Below are positions 35,111 to 49,786 of a stretch of DNA of 64,000 nucleotides, piece after piece (positions within the stretch are counted from its first letter, which is position 1; each line of letters opens with the position of its first letter). The stretch is from assembly GCF_006345805.1 (NCBI RefSeq), contig NC_043015.1:26970001-27034000 (forward strand). Reading direction: 5' to 3'. The position numbers were made by a program, and so were the translations under genes. The DNA comes from Octopus sinensis. Its lineage: Eukaryota. Under the pieces are notes generated by a model. It did not search any database and was not told the origin of the DNA. It saw only the letters and a list, made by a program, of their open reading frames with translations.

Positions 35111-36667
35111 TCTTCCTCCAAAATTTTAATGGAAGCTTTTAATGTCAACATCTTTAAAAGAACAATCTTGCATTACAGAACCAGGGACGGTCTCAGTTGG
35201 ATTGTTATCAAAAGTGCTAAGCTCTGAAAGCGATCCCAACGTTTCTACTTTTAGATCAGCATTTGCTCTGACCGGTATTTATACTCCACGTAGACAAATA
35301 GATCTAACAGAAGGTCTTTGAAGATTTTCTCCAAAATTCAAATGTCGGAACAATGAACAAAGACTAAACGAGAGAAAAGATTAAAGAGAATTATGAGGAA
35401 TATATTTCAAATAAAAATATATTGAAATAACGAAAGAGATTTAGGTAAATCGGTGGTTTCTGAATAGTAAATAGTCAAGTTTGAGTAGGCCCTCTCTATA
35501 AAATACGAATATATTTACGTGTGTATGTGTGTATAAACGTACATACTTGTATATACATACACGTAGATTTAAGTGCAAATTTATTTATATATACGTGTCT
35601 GTCAGCGTATGTTAAGTAAACATATATATATACGAGTATACATATGCACACACACACACGCACACACACACACACACACATAGTAGGATATGTATACCAA
35701 TTTACAACTCTAAAATACAAACTCACAAAATATGAAATTATTATTTCGTTATAAATATACACGAGCATACACATACTCACACAACATATGTATTGCTCTA
35801 TACACAGAGAAATATAAGTATATGCATGCGTATTAGTAATACAATAATACACAAACGTGTATATGTGTGTTTGTGTGTGTGCGGGTGTATGATTTTCAAA
35901 ACAACTTGCATATGCAAGTGTTACCACTCGAAAGCTCTAAAGACCGGAAGCCAGTAAGTGTATGGGGTCCTCAGGAAAGAATATATATATATTTGCATCA
36001 GCATTTATATTTTTAAGGTGATATTTGAGATGTAACTGAAGTTTCACATGGTTCGTGATAAATATTTTACAGTATATTGTTATGTTATTTTCTGTTATGT
36101 ATTATATTATATATTATCAATTTTTTTACTTTATATTGTATTATATATTATTATTTTATTTTTTATTATATATATTGTATACTTGATAAATATTTTATGT
36201 TAGTGTATTTACGTTCTTTACAAAATTTATTTACCTTCAGTTTTATTTAGAGGAGTAAATAAGGAATTGAATGCGGCTAGAAAACAACAACCCCCATACG
36301 CACACATTTAACACGTGCAAACACATACAACTATGCACAAACGCATACACTGAAAGGCGCGCTCACACACACACACACACGATCGCACGCACACACATAA
36401 ACATACAAATGCAAACACATTCAAAACCCATCGCCAACGCTCACGGAAAAAGCTACCAAACCGCAGAGAGTTCTGTTTATGAAAAAATTGCTCTCAAAAG
36501 AATATTGGATATTTTCAAAGAGAACGAAATTTGTTTCTTTGAGGAAGAAGAATATTCTTAAGCGGAGATCAAGCGAAAATCACGTTTCACTAAGAATATT
36601 TAAGCGTCAGTATCCCTTTATGTATTTTTCGATGGAGGAATATATTTGTATTATGTATATATATATA

Positions 36668-36735
<68 letters not shown>

Positions 36736-36959
36736 TGTGTGTGTGTGTGTGTACGTGTCTGCGTGTGTATGTATGTGTGCCTGTGTGTCTGCGTGTGTAT
36801 CTGTGTTTACATATATTTTTGTTTATCTTTATGTGTATTTTTCTTTGCATGTCTTTGCCTGTATCTATGTTTATATATATATACATATATATATATCTAT
36901 GTTTATATATCTATGTTATATATATATACATATATATATATCTATGTTTATATATCTAT

Positions 36960-37039
<80 letters not shown>

Positions 37040-37479
37040 TTGTAGGTAATTTGTTTGTGTTTGTATGTGTGTCGGAGGTGTGAGGCGCACATAAATGGTT
37101 TGATCTGAGACCGTATATGGAAATAAAAAAGATTACAGCGTGGAAGACAATACTCGACATTCAAAAACGCAGTTTTCATTTTAATTGAATGTTTCGTTTG
37201 GTTCTTTTTTTTTCTTTTTTCTTTTCTCGCCGTCAAACTTTTTCGTTGCAGGAACTACGACCTGGTCTGAAATGCAAGAGTAGCAGTTTGTGTATCGAAA
37301 ATATTGGACACCGAATAACAAATGTTTCAACTAAGTTAAAGGTGTGTGTATGTGTTTGAATATTTAACCTTTATCTTCCTTGCGGCATTGTTGATGTGTA
37401 TGTGTATCTCTGTGTGTGGACATATATATATAACCAAGTTTGTAGGATTGTGAATAGAAGAATATATTAATACAATTCC

Positions 37480-39555
37480 ATCTGAGTCTGATTTTCACGT
37501 TTTATTATTTACAATTCTTACAATTTTACAATTGTGAAATAACGTATAACTTTCCTGCCTTTACGTAATCATCAGGTTTACGTACCGATAGTCGTGTTCC
37601 ACAATTGACAACTGTAATGGGAATGGTTCGATTTGTACTTTAAATACCAACCGGCGGGCTGCAGCAGGCTGAATCTTACGAACTCTATTTTGACCAAACA
37701 GTATGTGGCTCAGGTGTAACGGTTTGGTGAGCGCGCCAACTAAGTTCTATCTGTATTTCGCCCAATCAGTATGTGGCTTACACGTCACCATTTCGTGGGC
37801 ACAACAAATATTCTTTACTTTAACTGCACCTAAAGGAATAATTGTTGGGCTATATTTTGGAATGTTGTAAACAACGTTCCTGTTTTCAATGAATTCTATC
37901 GTTGCAATTTTCCAGAAAGTCAATGTTGTTATAATTAACATTACTACCATATTAACCATCAACTTTACTAGCGTAATAATAATAATAATAATAATAATTA
38001 TTATTATTATTATTATATTATTATTATTATTATTATTATTGCAATCATCATTATGATTATCAACGGGAGTATAACTGTCCAATTAAAATAGATGAGAATT
38101 TATCAAGAAAATTCTTTTATCTCAACTTCATTTGAGTTGTAAAGTTCGTGGAATGGGAATATCATAAACTATTTCTGGCGACATATTGCCAGATGGTTGT
38201 TTAAACGGATCTGACGGACATCAGGGTCCCTACTTTGCTGTCGGTGCACACATGAACGTTCTGATAATACATTCCCAGTGTGGCCAAAGTATTTCTCTTC
38301 ACAATTCGTGCATTTGATGCAGTAAATTAAATTTCTACTTTTGCAGTTCATATCTACATTTGTAAATATTCTTCCGGTCTTTGTGTTCATATATGAACCA
38401 GTATGTATGAACTGATATGTACCACATCGATTATCATTGCATTTGGATACAATGAAGAATTCGTCATTGTTGCTTTGGTCAAACTTTGTCTTTGTTAATA
38501 ATTGTTTGAAGTTTATCGGCTGTCTTTCACTTAGCTTGATCCATGATTATATCCTTTAATTCATTACTTTGGGCAATGATCAGCAAGTTTGCTTTGGCAA
38601 TGCTAAAGATAATTTGGTAACCCAGATTGTGTGTCCCTATAAATGTTACGACCTGTTCTTGTTTTGCTCATTTGGGTGGGTGGGGGTTGCTCTAAGTTGT
38701 TGTATGGATGTTTCTATAGCACGCTGTATACCATTTTCTATAAGTAGAGACGACGTGGATTTTTGTTTGAGTAGAAATTCTTTGAGTTCTGTCAGGCGCT
38801 TGTCTCTGGTATTCATATCTTCTACAACGGTGCACATTTTTCTGGCTACGCAATATTGGATGTTGCGTTTTGTGTGTGTTGGATGGCACAATTTAAAGTT
38901 CAGGTATTAATGCGTGTCTGTATGTCTATAGTATATATCAATAGTAATGATGGTGTTACTTTTAATTACCATTATGTCTAGTAATCGTAATTTGGCACTA
39001 CTTATCTCCTTTGTAAATTGGAGAGTTGGGTGCAGATTATTCAGAAGGATATTAAATTCTTCCAGAGTATCTTGAGATCTTGTCCATATTATGAAGCAAT
39101 CGTCAAAGTATCTCTTCCATGCATTGTCAATATGCCTTCTAAATTCAGTGCCGTAGATATCCTATACTCTTTGAGTTCTTTTGCTAAGTATCCCATTATG
39201 GAGTTGGCATAAATAGGAGAAAAACTCATTCCCATCGCTGTGCCTCTAGCTTGGATGTAATTCTTTCCATTGAAAAAGAATATGTTACTTTCGAGGTTAA
39301 GTTTGAATGCGTCTAACATAAATTCTACTGGGAATCCTTTCTCTCTATTTTTCCTCCTAGTATTTAATCGCCTTTATTCCTAAATCAAGGCTTACTACAT
39401 CAAAACTAGGTAAAAGTGAATTCAATCGATGTCATCCCGGATGAAACTAGGTATGTGAGTACATAATGGCTTCAAAATAATGTCCAATAGAATTGTTAGA
39501 CGGTGAGTAGGGCACGCTGGATCCGCTATAATAATAGGTCTGAATTTTAGACCTT
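37480..39555 (-). mobile_element. Penelope-like element, degenerate RT and GIY-YIG
   Basis: PIIADPACPTHRL, YIQARGTAMG..FSPIYAN, CHPTHTKRNI and NLIYCIKCTNCEEKYFGHTG. Confidence 0.9.
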
Positions 39556-40298
39556 TTAGGTGTAGTAATTCCTTGTATATACACGCACATACATATATAT
39601 GTATATGTATGTATATGTATATGTATGTATATGTATGTATATACGTACGTATGTATGTATGTATTTATGTATGTATGTATGTATGTTTGTATGTTTGTAT
39701 GTATGTATGTATGTATGTATGTATGTATGTATGTACGTATACATGTATGTATGTATGTTTATGCGATCATGCGTGCAAGTATATTTATGTATTTGTTGGT
39801 GTTTCTATTTGTATGCCCATATAGAATTCGTGCTCAGTATTGCTCGTGTGTAGCGCTTCTATTTTATTTCTTAATATCTCGATGGTTTAAACGTTCTTAG
39901 GTAATCTTTGCTCAATCATACACACTGAAATGGTTCTGTCACGATTCGCCTTATATTTTGCATCAAATTATTAACTTTAAATATTTCTGATATCCAAAGA
40001 ATTACGAACATGCGTAAGAAAATTTATAGTTTCCACAAAAAATATCTGCTACTGTTTTGAGTTTGTATTTGCAAAACCGAGTGTGTGTTATTGTACCTTT
40101 CATATGTAATTGTTTATATATATTTATGTGTATTTACCTGTTTTGAGAACGTGTATGTGTGTATGTGTGTGTTTGTATATTTCTTTGTCCGCGTGTCAAG
40201 GGGAAACGCAGCTGCATAGTTCGTTAGGAGATGAAAACATTTGACTCATGGCTTGTATCGAATATTCAAAGTGTGTGCGTATACACACACACACTTAC

Positions 40299-40372
<74 letters not shown>

Positions 40373-40408
40373 ACCATACATACATGTATGTATGTATGTA
40401 TGTATTTA

Positions 40409-40458
<50 letters not shown>

Positions 40459-41179
40459 ATACACATATATTCGGTTTCTCTGCAGCTAGCTAAAGGAATG
40501 TTGAAGAAATTTTGAAATCAATGACATCTAGAAAAAACACTGAAGAAAGAAATAGTTGAAAGAAAAAGGAAAGATTTTTCTCTTGCAAATGTTTAGAAAT
40601 TTTGTATCAAAAAGAGTAATTTGGTTTGAATAGGTCTACTTATACGTAAAATGCGCGAGCGAGCGCGCGCGTGTGTGTTTGTGTGTAAGCGTGTGCATGC
40701 ATGTGTGTGCGTGTGTATGTAATTTCGAGATAATCATTTCGTCAATATAAAAATACCAACGGGTTGTAGTTTACTATTTAAACTTTTTATTGTCAACTAA
40801 TTATCGAATTTATCAATTAATTGATTTTTCCTCTTGTTCCATCTTCACAGTGGTTCGCCCTTTCACTGATTTCTATTTCGAAGTAAAAAGTTATTAAGCA
40901 ATCAGTGAAAAGTTCAGATTAATAAAACGAAATTCTTTGGACACTTATTTTCCATAATTAATAATGATCCCATCCACTATAGACTCAAGGCCTGAAAATT
41001 TAGTGTTGTGTACATCAGCTCCATTATATTACTGGTACTTCTTTCATCTACTGCGAAAGGATGAAGGACGAACGAAACGCCATTAAACATTTTGTTCGGC
41101 ACCCTGCCTATTCTGCCAGCTAGCTGCCTTAATGATGATGATGATGATGATGATGATAATAATAATAATAATAATAATG

Positions 41180-41256
<77 letters not shown>

Positions 41257-41417
41257 TATGGTCGGCGAACGAACCACCAAAAAACAGGAGTATCAGAATA
41301 ACAAACTCGGCATCTGAACAACTTTGGACCCCCATAACAACTGAAGAGGTCACCCAGGCACTGCAAAGACTAAGCAACTGGAAGGCACCTGGGCATGACA
41401 AGATCCCCAACTTCTGG

Positions 41418-42902
41418 TTGAAATATCTAACAGGAATGCACAAAAAGCTGGCTGAAAACTTTAACAACGTACTAGCAGAGCCAGAAACAATGCCTGAATG
41501 GCTCACGAAGGGGAAAACCATCTTAATTCCCAAATCAAATGAAACAGAAAAACCAGAAAACTACAGACCAATAACCTGCCTCCCTACTATGTTCAAGGCA
41601 TTTACTGCAGTGATATCACAAAGGCTGAACAAGCACCTGGACGAAAACAAACTGTTCCCAGAAGAGCAGAAAGGATGCCGCAAAGGCTCATATGGCTGTA
41701 AAGATCAACTAATGATTAATAAAGCCATAACTGAAGACAGCCACAGAAAGAAGAAAGGCCTCAGTATGGCCTGGATTGACTACAAAAAGGCGATTGATAG
41801 CATCCCCCACACATGGATCCTCGAAACACTAGCCATTAACAAAGTAGCACCAACAATCATAACATTCATAGAGCACTCTATGAATAAATGGCAAACAGTC
41901 CTACACCTCCAAACAAAAGAGGGACTCATGAAAACCAAAGACATCCCCATTAGAAGAGGAATATTCCAGGGAGACACGCTCTCTCCACTCCTTTTCTGCT
42001 TGGCACTGTCACCTCTATCTGATATGCTAAATAGAACTGGATGCGGATATAAATGTTACGGCAAAACGATCAGCCACCTTTTATATATGGATGACCTAAA
42101 ACTATACGCTGCAAATGACAAACAGCTGGAAACACTATTAAAGACAGTTTATGGATTTACCAAAGAAATAGATATGAAATTTGGATTAGAAAAATGCGCC
42201 AAAGTAACCTTGAAAAGAGGAAAACTAGTTAAGAGTAACAACATCACACTAGATAAAACCAATGAAATAAAAGAATTAGACCAAAGCCAAACTTACAAAT
42301 ACTTAGGAATCCATGAACTAGATAAGACACAACACACACAAATGAAAGAGAAAATAAAAAAAGAATATTATAGACGAGTTAGATCAATACTAAACACAGA
42401 GCTCAATGCTAAAAACAAGATAATAGGTATCAACACTTTAGCTGTCCCAGTTATAAGTTACAGCTACAATATCCTTAACTGGACACGAAATGAACTGACC
42501 AAAATAGATAGGAAAACAAGAAAAATAATGACAGGATCTAGGATGCATCACCCAAAATCTGACATAGAAAGACTATATATACAACGTATAGAAGGTGGTA
42601 GAGGCCTTATACAGCTGGAAAACTACTATAAAATAACCACCATAGGACTGCAAAAATATCTACTTCAGAAGGAAGGAAAACTGATCCAGATAGCGGAAAA
42701 ACACGAGCAAAACAAAAAACTGTTCTCAGTATTTAAGGAAGCTGACAAATACAAACAAGAAATCATACCACCTAATAAGCATGAAGAAGAAGAAGAAGAT
42801 GAAGAAACAACAAAAGCTATAAAAAAAAAGGAAATCCAAACTAAAAATAGAACAGCAACGAACCATGATAAAACGATGGCAAGAAAAGCCCCTTCATGGT
42901 AA
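41418..42902 (+). CDS. LINE reverse transcriptase (frame is open upstream to about 41260; N-terminus truncated)
   Basis: WKAPG, YRPITCLP, WIDYKKA, QGDTLSP, YMDD and YKYLG. Confidence 0.9.
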   Translation: MKYLTGMHKKLAENFNNVLAEPETMPEWLTKGKTILIPKSNETEKPENYRPITCLPTMFKAFTAVISQRLNKHLDENKLFPEEQKGCRKGSYGCKDQLMINKAITEDSHRKKKGLSMAWIDYKKAIDSIPHTWILETLAINKVAPTIITFIEHSMNKWQTVLHLQTKEGLMKTKDIPIRRGIFQGDTLSPLLFCLALSPLSDMLNRTGCGYKCYGKTISHLLYMDDLKLYAANDKQLETLLKTVYGFTKEIDMKFGLEKCAKVTLKRGKLVKSNNITLDKTNEIKELDQSQTYKYLGIHELDKTQHTQMKEKIKKEYYRRVRSILNTELNAKNKIIGINTLAVPVISYSYNILNWTRNELTKIDRKTRKIMTGSRMHHPKSDIERLYIQRIEGGRGLIQLENYYKITTIGLQKYLLQKEGKLIQIAEKHEQNKKLFSVFKEADKYKQEIIPPNKHEEEEEDEETTKAIKKKEIQTKNRTATNHDKTMARKAPSW

Positions 42903-43644
42903 ATACTGGACTAAACTAAACGCAAAAGAAATAGACAAAGAAAAATCCCAGCAATGGTTGAGAAGCTCAGGACTCAAAGCAGAAACAGAGGGATTTTTAA
43001 TTGCAGCACAAGACCAAAGCCTCCCCACCAGAAATTACCAAAAACATGTAATGAAAAGAAATATTACAAGTAACTGCAGAATATGTGGAGATGGACAAGA
43101 AACAATAAATCATATTATCTCTAGCTGCCCGGTCTTGGCTAAGAAGGAATATATTCACAGACATGACAGAGTTGGAACCTACATACATTGGAAGCTATGC
43201 CAACATTATGGAATAACAACAGAAAAAAGATGGTATAGGCACACACCAGAAAAGGTCACAGAAAACGAGAAAGCAACCATACTCTGGGATATGCCGATAC
43301 ACACAGATAGAGAAATTAAGGCCAACAGACCAGATATAGTTGTCAGAGATCATGAAGAAAAAAAATGCTTTCTAATTGATGTATCAATACCGGCAGATGA
43401 CAACGTGTCTCTAAAAGAACTGGAGGAACTTTCAAAATACAAAGACCTGGAAATAAAGGTAACCAGAATGTGGAATCTGAAAACAGAAACAATTCCTATC
43501 ATAGTAGGTGCATTAGGCATGATAAAAAAATATTCAGACAAATACATAACAAAAACACCAGGACTTACAAACACATATAACATACAGAAAATTGCACTAC
43601 TAGGCAGTGCACACATCCTACGCAGAACACTTTCCATACAATAA
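42865..43644 (+). CDS. LINE C-terminal CCHC knuckle and restriction-like (PD-D/ExK) endonuclease
   Basis: CRICGDGQETINHIISSC, RHDRV, RPDIVVRD and KYKDLEI. Confidence 0.9.
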   Translation: MIKRWQEKPLHGKYWTKLNAKEIDKEKSQQWLRSSGLKAETEGFLIAAQDQSLPTRNYQKHVMKRNITSNCRICGDGQETINHIISSCPVLAKKEYIHRHDRVGTYIHWKLCQHYGITTEKRWYRHTPEKVTENEKATILWDMPIHTDREIKANRPDIVVRDHEEKKCFLIDVSIPADDNVSLKELEELSKYKDLEIKVTRMWNLKTETIPIIVGALGMIKKYSDKYITKTPGLTNTYNIQKIALLGSAHILRRTLSIQ

Positions 43645-43738
43645 CCATCAGAGCATCACAACAAATCACAGCACATACCCAAGGCACACAGAGCTGCGCT
43701 CGGTAGTGAAGTGAAAGCACGCTATAAAAATAAAACTA

Positions 43739-43812
<74 letters not shown>

Positions 43813-43830
43813 TAATAATAATAATTATTA

Positions 43831-43998
<168 letters not shown>

Positions 43999-44018
43999 CA
44001 TTATTATTTTTATTATTA

Positions 44019-44250
44019 CTTTTTTTTTCTTCTTTCAATTTGCTTCCATTTCTTGCCGAGTGTCTTCCCGACTCCTAGGGCAAAGAAACTCATAGTATTC
44101 ATTGGTAGGCCATTAAACCAAACTCAATAGTTCGTTCACTTTTTTTTTTAAGTTAAATTAAAATACATGAGCAGCAACAGTTCTCACATCGACAATGCTC
44201 TTCTCAATACGTGTGATGTACCAGTTAAGACAATCTTTTGCACTTCTTGC
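44019..44250 (-). mobile_element. Family B LINE 3' end, tail-to-tail with family A
   Basis: Near-identical to 18725-18957. Confidence 0.9.
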
Positions 44251-44268
44251 TACTGAATAATAAAACTA

Positions 44269-44383
<115 letters not shown>

Positions 44384-44519
44384 CAACAATAATGAGTTCT
44401 TTATTAACCGGAAGGAGCACAGGACAAAAAAAGAATATATGCGTGTGTATGTGTGTCAGTGTGTGTCGCTGTGAAGGTTTTGCGCGTAAAGAAGACTAAC
44501 ATATTTTTTTTAAATCAAC

Positions 44520-46060
44520 AATGTGTGATCCTCAATAGGTAGGAGACGGATGCAATATATGCGTTAACCACCTCCGCCCGACCTCTCGGGGATACCTTTC
44601 TCGCGGCCCATTTCTGGGTGTGGGTAGTCACCCTGCTCGTTATCTCGTCTCAGTTTTTATCCATCTGGAGGTCCTAACCGAGCTAAACCCTGAGCACTTT
44701 AAGAGGTCCGTCTATCCAGCGCCCAACGTTGCAGTTGGACAGCATGGACTTGCTTCTCCAGGTGAGGAGCCGCAAGCCCACTGATTTTCCCTGGTTAATT
44801 GTCGCTTCTGAAACCGCCTTGTAGTCCTTGAGAGTGGTTCCGATCATTTCTATGAGTTTATAGTCCGACATCACTCCGGTGGCGTCATCGGCATATGCCG
44901 ATGCGTATCTCGCATGCCTAGGTCACGCGGGATGCCTCTCAACGCTTCTAGTTTGTGTGGTAGTGGATCGAGAGTCAGTACGCACAAGAGAGACGAGAGT
45001 GGACGACCTTGTATGTCCCAGCGAACGATGTTGAACGACTCTCAGAGATGACCGTTCACTCTGAAAACTGAAGAGATGTCGCTATGCATTGTAGCGATCC
45101 AGCCTCTGAATACAGGCCCAAAACCAGCTGCCTTGAGGACCTTGACAAGGTATAGATGGTCGACCCTATCGAAAGCTTTAGACTGATCTAAATTGATCAG
45201 GGCCTCACACGTGCCAGGTTCTTTCTCAATGATGTATCGCATGAGGTGGCGATTATCGTGGATAGATCTTTTCGGGATGGTACATATCTGTGTATTCCCT
45301 ACCAGATCTCTGATGACAAGCGCCAACCTTGTAGCTAACACTTTGGCCAAAATTTTGAACTCTACAATCACCAGAATTATGGGTCTAAAGTTGTCAATAC
45401 AATCCTCCTTGCTCGGGTCTTTTCTCAGCAACACCACCGCACTTCAGCTCACTAAACTAGTAATTCTCCCATTCTGTTGCCAGATCACCTAGATTTCCGA
45501 GATGTCTAGCACTATTACAGTGGCATCGTTCGCATAAGACGAGACGAATCTTCCACATCCTACTTCACGCGAGATGCGCCTCGAAACATCCAATTCACTT
45601 AGCGATGGCCCGAGCGCCAGCTCGTACAGAAAGGGTGAGAGTGGCCATCCTTGACGGACCGAATGTGTGATGATGGACGATTGTAATAAATGGCCATTCA
45701 CTTTGACCATAGAATAGATGACGCTGTACACTGCAGCGATCCAGCCTCTGAAAGACGAGGACGTAACTGGCCGCGTCTAGGACAGCCTCCAAGTGTTAGT
45801 GGTCGACCCTACCGAAAGTTTTTACCGTCCGGGTCCAGGAAGAGTAACCGTACCTCGAGAATCAAGCATTTTCTAACCAGCACTTCCAACCCACCTCCAA
45901 TTCCAGGATGACTAAGAGATACGTAGATCTCAAATTTATCAAGAATGGGAGCCAGCAGCGGTCAGTTGGATTCCCTTATTCAGTCTGTACGAATTTTCTC
46001 TCAAGACATCCAGATAGCTGATTCTTGCTATTGAAGAACCAACTAGACGAACTTGATAAG
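44520..46060 (-). mobile_element. Tx1/L1-clade LINE RT fragments (two tandem partial copies)
   Basis: NFRPI..KILAKVLATRL, LDQSKAFDRVDH, VNGHL, SVRQGWPLSP and AYADD. Confidence 0.85.
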
Positions 46061-46249
46061 ACAGCAGTTTCACCTTTGTGTAGACGATGTAAAAATCAAC
46101 TGAGAATGTTAGACACATAATTAGTGGATGCTAAAAATGGGCCCAAATGAAGTAAAAACAATGCCATGACAACACGTAGCAGTGCGAATGGGGGGGGCGT
46201 GCAAGACGTATGGGCCCTAATGTCCCAAAAAGTGGTAGGTTTACCAAAA

Positions 46250-46700
46250 TACCGTTAGCAGACAATGATCAAGCGAGGCTCACGTGGGATATTCCAATAT
46301 ACACAGACTAAAAGATACAACATAACCGACCAGATATCGTTCTCCTGCTGAAAAAGTCCAAATACTGGACCTGCATCGACATAGCTATACCTGCAGACCG
46401 GAATATGGTGAAGATAGAGGACGATAAAGTCGGGAAGGACCAAGATTTGGGATTGGAAGTGAAAAAAATCCATTGAGCATGGTACCTTTTTTATGATGGC
46501 ATTTGGGACCATCTCAAAAACAGAAATATTCTGGCATCAAAAGCAGCAAATGCCAAACGTAGTAGGTATTCAATGAGCAGCAATACTTGGAACAACTTAT
46601 GTGTTGAGAAAAGTGTTGCGTCTCTAAGCTGCGGGCTGGAGCTGAGGTGTGACATAGATGAACCAGAGAAGGTTTATTTTGGGATGGGATATTCCTTTCA
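46250..46700 (+). mobile_element. Degenerate RLE-type LINE 3' fragment
   Basis: LTWDIPIYTD and HNRPDIV remnants. Confidence 0.6.
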
Positions 46701-46739
46701 TGCAAAACAGTCAAATTTAGCTCGAAGACACTGTATGCT

Positions 46740-46818
<79 letters not shown>

Positions 46819-47126
46819 GTGTGTGTGTGTGTATGCATGCTTATATATATATATATATATAAACATATCAAAGGGGAATGGAAAATTAATTAAAATTTTC
46901 ACTTCCAGTGGCCTAACGTGTAAAAATTTAGTCCCAAAAGAATATGAATTGGACATAATATATAGTGTACATTTAAACAGTTACGGAATCCACTCGTGGA
47001 ATTCAACACTCTAGAAAGAACAGTTAGGTTCTATAACCATAAAAATTAGGGATAAAATCCGACAGTAACGAAATGAAAAATAAAAACATTTTACCATCAA
47101 GTTTCCTGGACCAATTGGTTTCTGAC

Positions 47127-47204
<78 letters not shown>

Positions 47205-47344
47205 AGAGAGAAAGAGAGCGAGAAATTGCCACGAAAGAATTCATAAAAAAATCGCGGACGATATTTACGATTCCGAGAATATACAGTGGTTTCCGCGAAC
47301 AATTATTCGTTCCGGGAATAAGCGGGAGTACACTATGTGTGTGT

Positions 47345-47382
<38 letters not shown>

Positions 47383-47443
47383 TTATGTGTCTGTCTGACT
47401 GTCTGTCTGTCTGTGTCTGTGTGTATGTATATATATATATATA

Positions 47444-47852
47444 GGCGCAGGAGTAGCTGTGTGGTAAGTAGCTTGCCAACCAACCAACATGGTTCTGGGT
47501 TCAGTCCCAGTGTGGCATCTTGGGCAAGTGTCTTCTGCTATAGCCTCGGGCCGACCAATGCCTTGTGAGTGGATTTGGTAGACGGAAACTAAAAGAAGCC
47601 TGTCGTATATATGTATATATATGTATGTATGTGTATGTATATGTTTGTGTGTCTGTGTTTGTCCCTCTAGCATTGCTTGACAACCGATGCTGGTGTGTTT
47701 ACGTCCCCGTAACTTAGCGGTTCGGCAAAAGAGACCGATAGAATAAGTACTGGGCTTACAAAGAATAAGTCCCGGGGTCGATTTGCTCGACTAAAGGCGG
47801 TACTCCAGCATGGCCGCAGTCAAATGACTGAAACAAGTAAAAGAGTAAAAGA
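47444..47852 (+). mobile_element. Full-length SINE S2 (head, (TA/TG)n linker, tail)
   Basis: A/B boxes, CTTGGGCAAGTGTCTTC core and TAAAAGAG tail repeat. Confidence 0.9.
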
Positions 47853-47853
47853 G

Positions 47854-47911
<58 letters not shown>

Positions 47912-47962
47912 AAAAGTTCTTGTCTGATCTCGAAATTCTTTAAAAGCTATAATTGATATGTA

Positions 47963-48877
47963 CGAAGGGATAACCCAAAGGAAACTGGAATTTTGAAAAA
48001 TTATTTTATTCATTTAGTTTTATATGTTTACACTTTTATCGTCTTCAAAGTATTCTCCATTTGAAGCAAGACATTGGTCCAGGGGCGCCTTCCACTATTC
48101 GATGTAGTACCTGAACTCTTATGAATTGATGCCTTTTAACACCTCCGTCTGTTCTTTTTCTTCACTTCTTCCACATCTACAAATTGCGTAGCACCAGCTT
48201 TCGTAACCAGTGATGACCTTTGAAAAAAGGTCCGGATCAACTTCAAATTTTTCTTTCAGTTTATGATTCGCATTCAGTCGTGACTTCTTTTGATCTTTTG
48301 CGAGCAAGTCAGGCACAAATTTTGTTGCAATTCTTTTCATTCGCAATTTCTTGCTGAAAAGTCTTTGACAGGAGCTCCAGTACACAGCAGTCATTTCAAC
48401 AAGTTCGCCAATTATTTGGTGATGGTCTTTCAAGATCAGTTCATGAATTTTCCTAATGTTTTCATTTCTTCGAGAGGTCGACAGTCGCCTTAAACGAGGT
48501 TGGTCCTCAAGCGACAAGTCACCATTCTTAAAGAGTGAAAACCACTCGTTAACTTATGTTTTGCTCATGGCAGCTCCCTTGTAAGCTGTTTGAAGTATGT
48601 CAGTCACTTTGACTGACATACACGTTTTCACCAGCAGAAAACAGAATTTTACGGAAGCACGCCGTTCCTTCGTTTGCGACATCGCAAAAATCGACGAACA
48701 GAGGAGAAGCACTGCAAAGCGAAGACGCACCACGTGTCATTACGATGCCATCAGACAACGCCGGTCGGCAGAATGATGCTTGAGGGTTTCATCTAGTGGC
48801 CTCTAACGGCGAAAGCCTGAACTACAACGGGCTTATCCCACAGAGAACGTTTCCGGTTACTTTTAAGTATTCATTTG
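47963..48877 (-). mobile_element. Mariner-type DNA transposon, internally deleted
   Basis: SLED.PR...STS, KFVPDLL and KVITGYESWCY (WVP and TGDE equivalents); degenerate ~28-bp TIRs flanked by TA. Confidence 0.8.
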
Positions 48878-49173
48878 TAAATATAGGGATAAAAATCACT
48901 TTTCACAACAAAACGATCATCGCTTCCGGCAGGACTCGAACCAACATTCGTATTATTTATTTATTAATGTATTTGTGATCCAATTTCAATGATGAATTGT
49001 TGCACGTTCTCTGGAAAGTTTATAGATTCATACAATTTGAACAATGTATGTATGTGTGTGTGTGTGTGTGTGTGTGTGCATATACATACATTAAAAACAA
49101 GAAATCGTAACAGAAAGTGAGAAAACGACAGAATGAAGATCTAAAAAAGAGGACGAAAGAGAAATATCGAAAT

Positions 49174-49458
49174 ATTAACATTTCGAATGTTGCTGATGAG
49201 TTTACAGCTCTATTATGTTGCATTAAAATTACAAGCTGTTACTCTCCTCCAAACTAAATAAACGATTAATACAAACACTTAAGTGAAGTTTGAAGAGAAA
49301 TTAATGATATCGTGTTAGAAAGAATAAAATAAACACCGACCAAATGTTGCTAATAATAACATTCAGCTTGAATTACATATGGCGTTCGGTGGGTTATTTT
49401 TGCTATTCATCAACGCGTGTTTCATATGTTTCTAAACGACTTCATTAATGCATTATGC
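49174..49458 (+). repeat. Unclassified ~285-bp direct repeat, copy 1
   Basis: About 90-95% identical by eye to 54971-55258. Confidence 0.9.
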
Positions 49459-49521
49459 ATGCATACACACACACACACATATTTATTTATTTATTTACAC
49501 CCTTATATGATGATAATAATA

Positions 49522-49585
<64 letters not shown>

Positions 49586-49586
<1 letters not shown>

Positions 49587-49786
49587 TCCTACGCAAAATA
49601 CTTTCTATGTAATCTCAAGGTTTAAAACAAACAATTTTTATTTATTTATTTAATTTTTTTTATTAGACATTCACTAGTACAACACCAGGCATAACAACAA
49701 CGTGAACTTCCAACCTGTTGTCTCTTGAGGTTTCTGGGTGAGACTTGGAGCCAACTTGTGCAAATATAAAGTAAAAGTCAAACATA

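Larger units (their letters stand above)
41257..43741 (+). mobile_element. R4/Dong-like LINE family A, 2.5 kb, young, 5'-truncated
   Basis: RT and RLE domains with one frameshift; (AAT)n on both sides. Confidence 0.95.

Noticed and set aside
37541-37576. CTGATGA...GGAAAG at the expected PLE terminus
   Set aside because: Stems I-III do not pair. It is probably a decayed hammerhead but not supportable.
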